This document shows positions 62,011 to 64,000 of a stretch of DNA of 64,000 bases, in pieces. The DNA comes from Gammaproteobacteria bacterium UBA3067 (GTDB taxonomy: Bacteria > Pseudomonadota > Gammaproteobacteria > Pseudomonadales > UBA3067): positions 83,011 through 147,010 of the forward strand of contig DFBZ01000060.1 in NCBI GenBank assembly GCA_002366835.1, read 5' to 3'. Made by a program: the position numbers and the translations under genes. Numbering within the stretch: position 1 is the stretch's first letter; each line of letters begins with the position of its first letter. Under the pieces are notes generated by a model. That model worked only from the letters and a program-made list of their open reading frames with translations. It searched no databases and was not told where the DNA came from.

Positions 62011-62169
62011 ATGGCACTAGAGATTAACGAAAGCCACAAAAAACTGGGCGGTAAATCGGCAAAAAACATCGAGTGGGAGAATTACGGCGAAGAAATCCTG
62101 GAATATATGGGGCTAAGCCACTACGACTTCGAGACGCTTAAGGACAATATTCTCGAACTCGCCGGATAG
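62011..62169 (+). CDS. Possible 52-aa small protein (not in the ORF track)
   Basis: My own translation: MALEINESHKKLGGKSAKNIEWENYGEEILEYMGLSHYDFETLKDNILELAG*. No convincing RBS and no family recognised. Confidence 0.2.
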   Translation: MALEINESHKKLGGKSAKNIEWENYGEEILEYMGLSHYDFETLKDNILELAG

Positions 62170-62204
62170 CCTAGCCCACTCTTTGCTTACGTCAGCCAGC
62201 CTCT

Positions 62205-63695
62205 TTACGTTTTGTTATTTTCCCACACCAGATCCAGCTCCCTGGCCGCCTTCACGTCATCAAGCCGGTTTACAGGCTGGGTGTAGGGTGCCGCCCTGAC
62301 CATATCGCCGTCCGTTTCCGCTTCCTGCTGAATGGCGGCCATCGCGTTAATAAAGTTATCCAGTTCCGCCTTCGTTTCTGTTTCGGTGGGCTCAATCAGC
62401 AGGCATTCAGGGATGAGCAGTGGAAAGTAGGTGGTGGGGGCATGTACACCGTAGTCAAGCAGGCGTTTCGCAAAGTCCATGGCGGTCACATTGAGCTCTT
62501 TCGCCTGCCGACTCAGCGTCACGATAAACTCATGGGTTGCGCGTCGCTCTGGATACGCAAGCTGAAAACCCGCTTTCTCAAGCTGAATAGCCATATAGTT
62601 GGCATTCAGTGTGGCGTATTCTCCAACACGATGCATACCATCACGGCCTAAAGTACGTGCGTAAAAATAGGCGCGCAATAGAACACCAGCATTTCCCATA
62701 AAAGCAGAAAGACGGCCAATGGTCTGAGGAATATCGTCCTTATCCAACCAATGATAATTTTTTTCACCGCCACTTTCTTCCATACCCACCACGGGACTTG
62801 GCATGTAGGGCAATAAACGCTCACCCACACCAATTGGCCCGGCGCCGGGGCCACCACCACCGTGAGGGGTGGCAAAGGTTTTGTGTAAGTTCATATGCAG
62901 AACGTCAAAGCCCATATCTCCCGGTTTTACTTTTCCGAGAATGGCATTCAGATTTGCGCCATCGTAATACAACAAACCGCCTGCATCGTGTACCGTTTTG
63001 GAAATCTCTTCAATTTGGCGCTCAAAAACGCCACAGGTAGATGGGTTGGTCATCATAAGGCCCGCAGTTTGCGGCCCAACTGCGGCCTTTAAGGCATCAA
63101 GGTCTACATCACCCTCACTGTTTACAGGCAGCTCTTTCACTTTATAACCACACATCACCGCCGTAGCGGGGTTTGTGCCATGGGCCGCACTGGGAATCAA
63201 AATTTCCGTACGCTCATTATCATCACGCGCCTCATGGTACGCACGAATCATCGCGACACCGGCGAACTCCCCCTGAGCTCCGGCCATCGGCGTGAGGGAA
63301 ACGCCTTTCATACCCGTCACATCCTTAAGGATTTCCTGCAGCTCGTAAAAACAAGACAGCAAACCCTGACTATGGCTTTCAGGAGCGAGAGGATGCCGCT
63401 GCTGAAAACCCGGTAAACTTGCTGCCTTATGGGCTCCCCGCGGGTTATATTTCATTGTGCAAGAACCAAGGGGGTAAAAATTCGTATCGATGGAAAAGTT
63501 CTTACGCGATAGCTGTGTATAGTGACGCACCACCTGCATTTCCGAAACTTCCGGAAGATCAGCCGCTTTTTTTCGAAGCAAAGAAGAAGGAATTTCTGAT
63601 TTAATATCCTCTTGTGTCGTGACGTTCTGTGCAGTTGCTCGACGGCCGTGACGGCTCTGTTCAAATATCAACATGTTATCTTTTGCTCCCGACAA
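62205..63695 (-). CDS. gcvPB: Glycine dehydrogenase (decarboxylating) subunit 2
   Basis: [13 protein letters not shown] and [19 protein letters not shown] (the PLP-Lys region of the P-protein C-terminal half). Confidence 0.93.
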   Translation of the reverse strand: MSGAKDNMLIFEQSRHGRRATAQNVTTQEDIKSEIPSSLLRKKAADLPEVSEMQVVRHYTQLSRKNFSIDTNFYPLGSCTMKYNPRGAHKAASLPGFQQRHPLAPESHSQGLLSCFYELQEILKDVTGMKGVSLTPMAGAQGEFAGVAMIRAYHEARDDNERTEILIPSAAHGTNPATAVMCGYKVKELPVNSEGDVDLDALKAAVGPQTAGLMMTNPSTCGVFERQIEEISKTVHDAGGLLYYDGANLNAILGKVKPGDMGFDVLHMNLHKTFATPHGGGGPGAGPIGVGERLLPYMPSPVVGMEESGGEKNYHWLDKDDIPQTIGRLSAFMGNAGVLLRAYFYARTLGRDGMHRVGEYATLNANYMAIQLEKAGFQLAYPERRATHEFIVTLSRQAKELNVTAMDFAKRLLDYGVHAPTTYFPLLIPECLLIEPTETETKAELDNFINAMAAIQQEAETDGDMVRAAPYTQPVNRLDDVKAARELDLVWENNKT

Positions 63696-64000
63696 CTACT
63701 TCACTTGCTTGCGCCGATAGTGCAAAGGCCAAGGCCTCTGCAAAGCGAGCAATATCCGCATCGGTTTTTGTTTCCGTGACACAGACTAAGAAAGAATTAT
63801 CCCATCCGTAGTCTGCCGCCAGTTCGTAACCACCCAAAACCCCCATTCCAGCCATTTTCTCCAGCACCTGTTTGGCAGGCTGATTGAGCTCCACCACCAA
63901 TTCGTGGAAACCCGGCGTAGAAAAACGCAAGGCTGCTCCTTCTGTCTGAGCGATTGCCTGCTTTAACTTTTGCAGGTTTTGATGGCTAGATAACGCCACC
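63676..64000 (-). CDS. gcvPA: Glycine dehydrogenase (decarboxylating) subunit 1, C-terminal fragment (continues beyond the window)
   Basis: ...[60 protein letters not shown]. 20-nt overlap with the gcvPB start. Confidence 0.85.
   Translation of the reverse strand, partial: VALSSHQNLQKLKQAIAQTEGAALRFSTPGFHELVVELNQPAKQVLEKMAGMGVLGGYELAADYGWDNSFLVCVTETKTDADIARFAEALAFALSAQASEVVVGSKR

Overview
This 64-kb window looks like a gene-dense chromosomal segment of a marine or Pseudomonas-like gammaproteobacterium. That taxon guess rests on fabY, a long-form aceA, rsd/algQ and the DUF2065-hisZ-purA order, and no search was possible.

Most of the window is core metabolism and housekeeping: asnS, sodB, aceA, hisZ, purA, ygiQ, adhC/frmA, yrfG-hslR-hslO-pckA, tex, gshA, dsbB, rsd and gcvPA/PB.

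Four accessory-looking blocks are interspersed:
- A four-gene envelope cluster of DUF1302, DUF1329, a BNR/Ycf48-like propeller and an RND/MMPL transporter (7.7-14.1 kb).
- A 1643-aa lipoprotein rich in thrombospondin-type-3 (TSP3) calcium-binding repeats, carrying a near-perfect 66-bp tandem array (26.8-31.7 kb). It sits where hflKC would normally precede DUF2065-hisZ-purA.
- An AraC-regulated operon of a thiolase-like protein, a DUF35 protein and an SDR (39.4-43.4 kb).
- A 950-aa predicted outer-membrane protein fusing an HExxH region, a TolB-like propeller and an Omp85-type barrel (48.1-51.0 kb).

The most unusual signal read directly from the DNA is a set of at least eight non-coding structured intergenic repeats of 22-169 bp. 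Each has long terminal inverted repeats (TIRs). Several share a ~40-nt core although their closing stems differ. Two near-identical copies 49 kb apart create the same spurious N-terminus, 'MAKSVEFQQPAR', on two unrelated genes in the ORF track.

I found no rRNA, tRNA, CRISPR array, transposase, integrase, prophage gene or recognisable defence system. All protein family calls come from motif recognition in the supplied translations, not from database searches.
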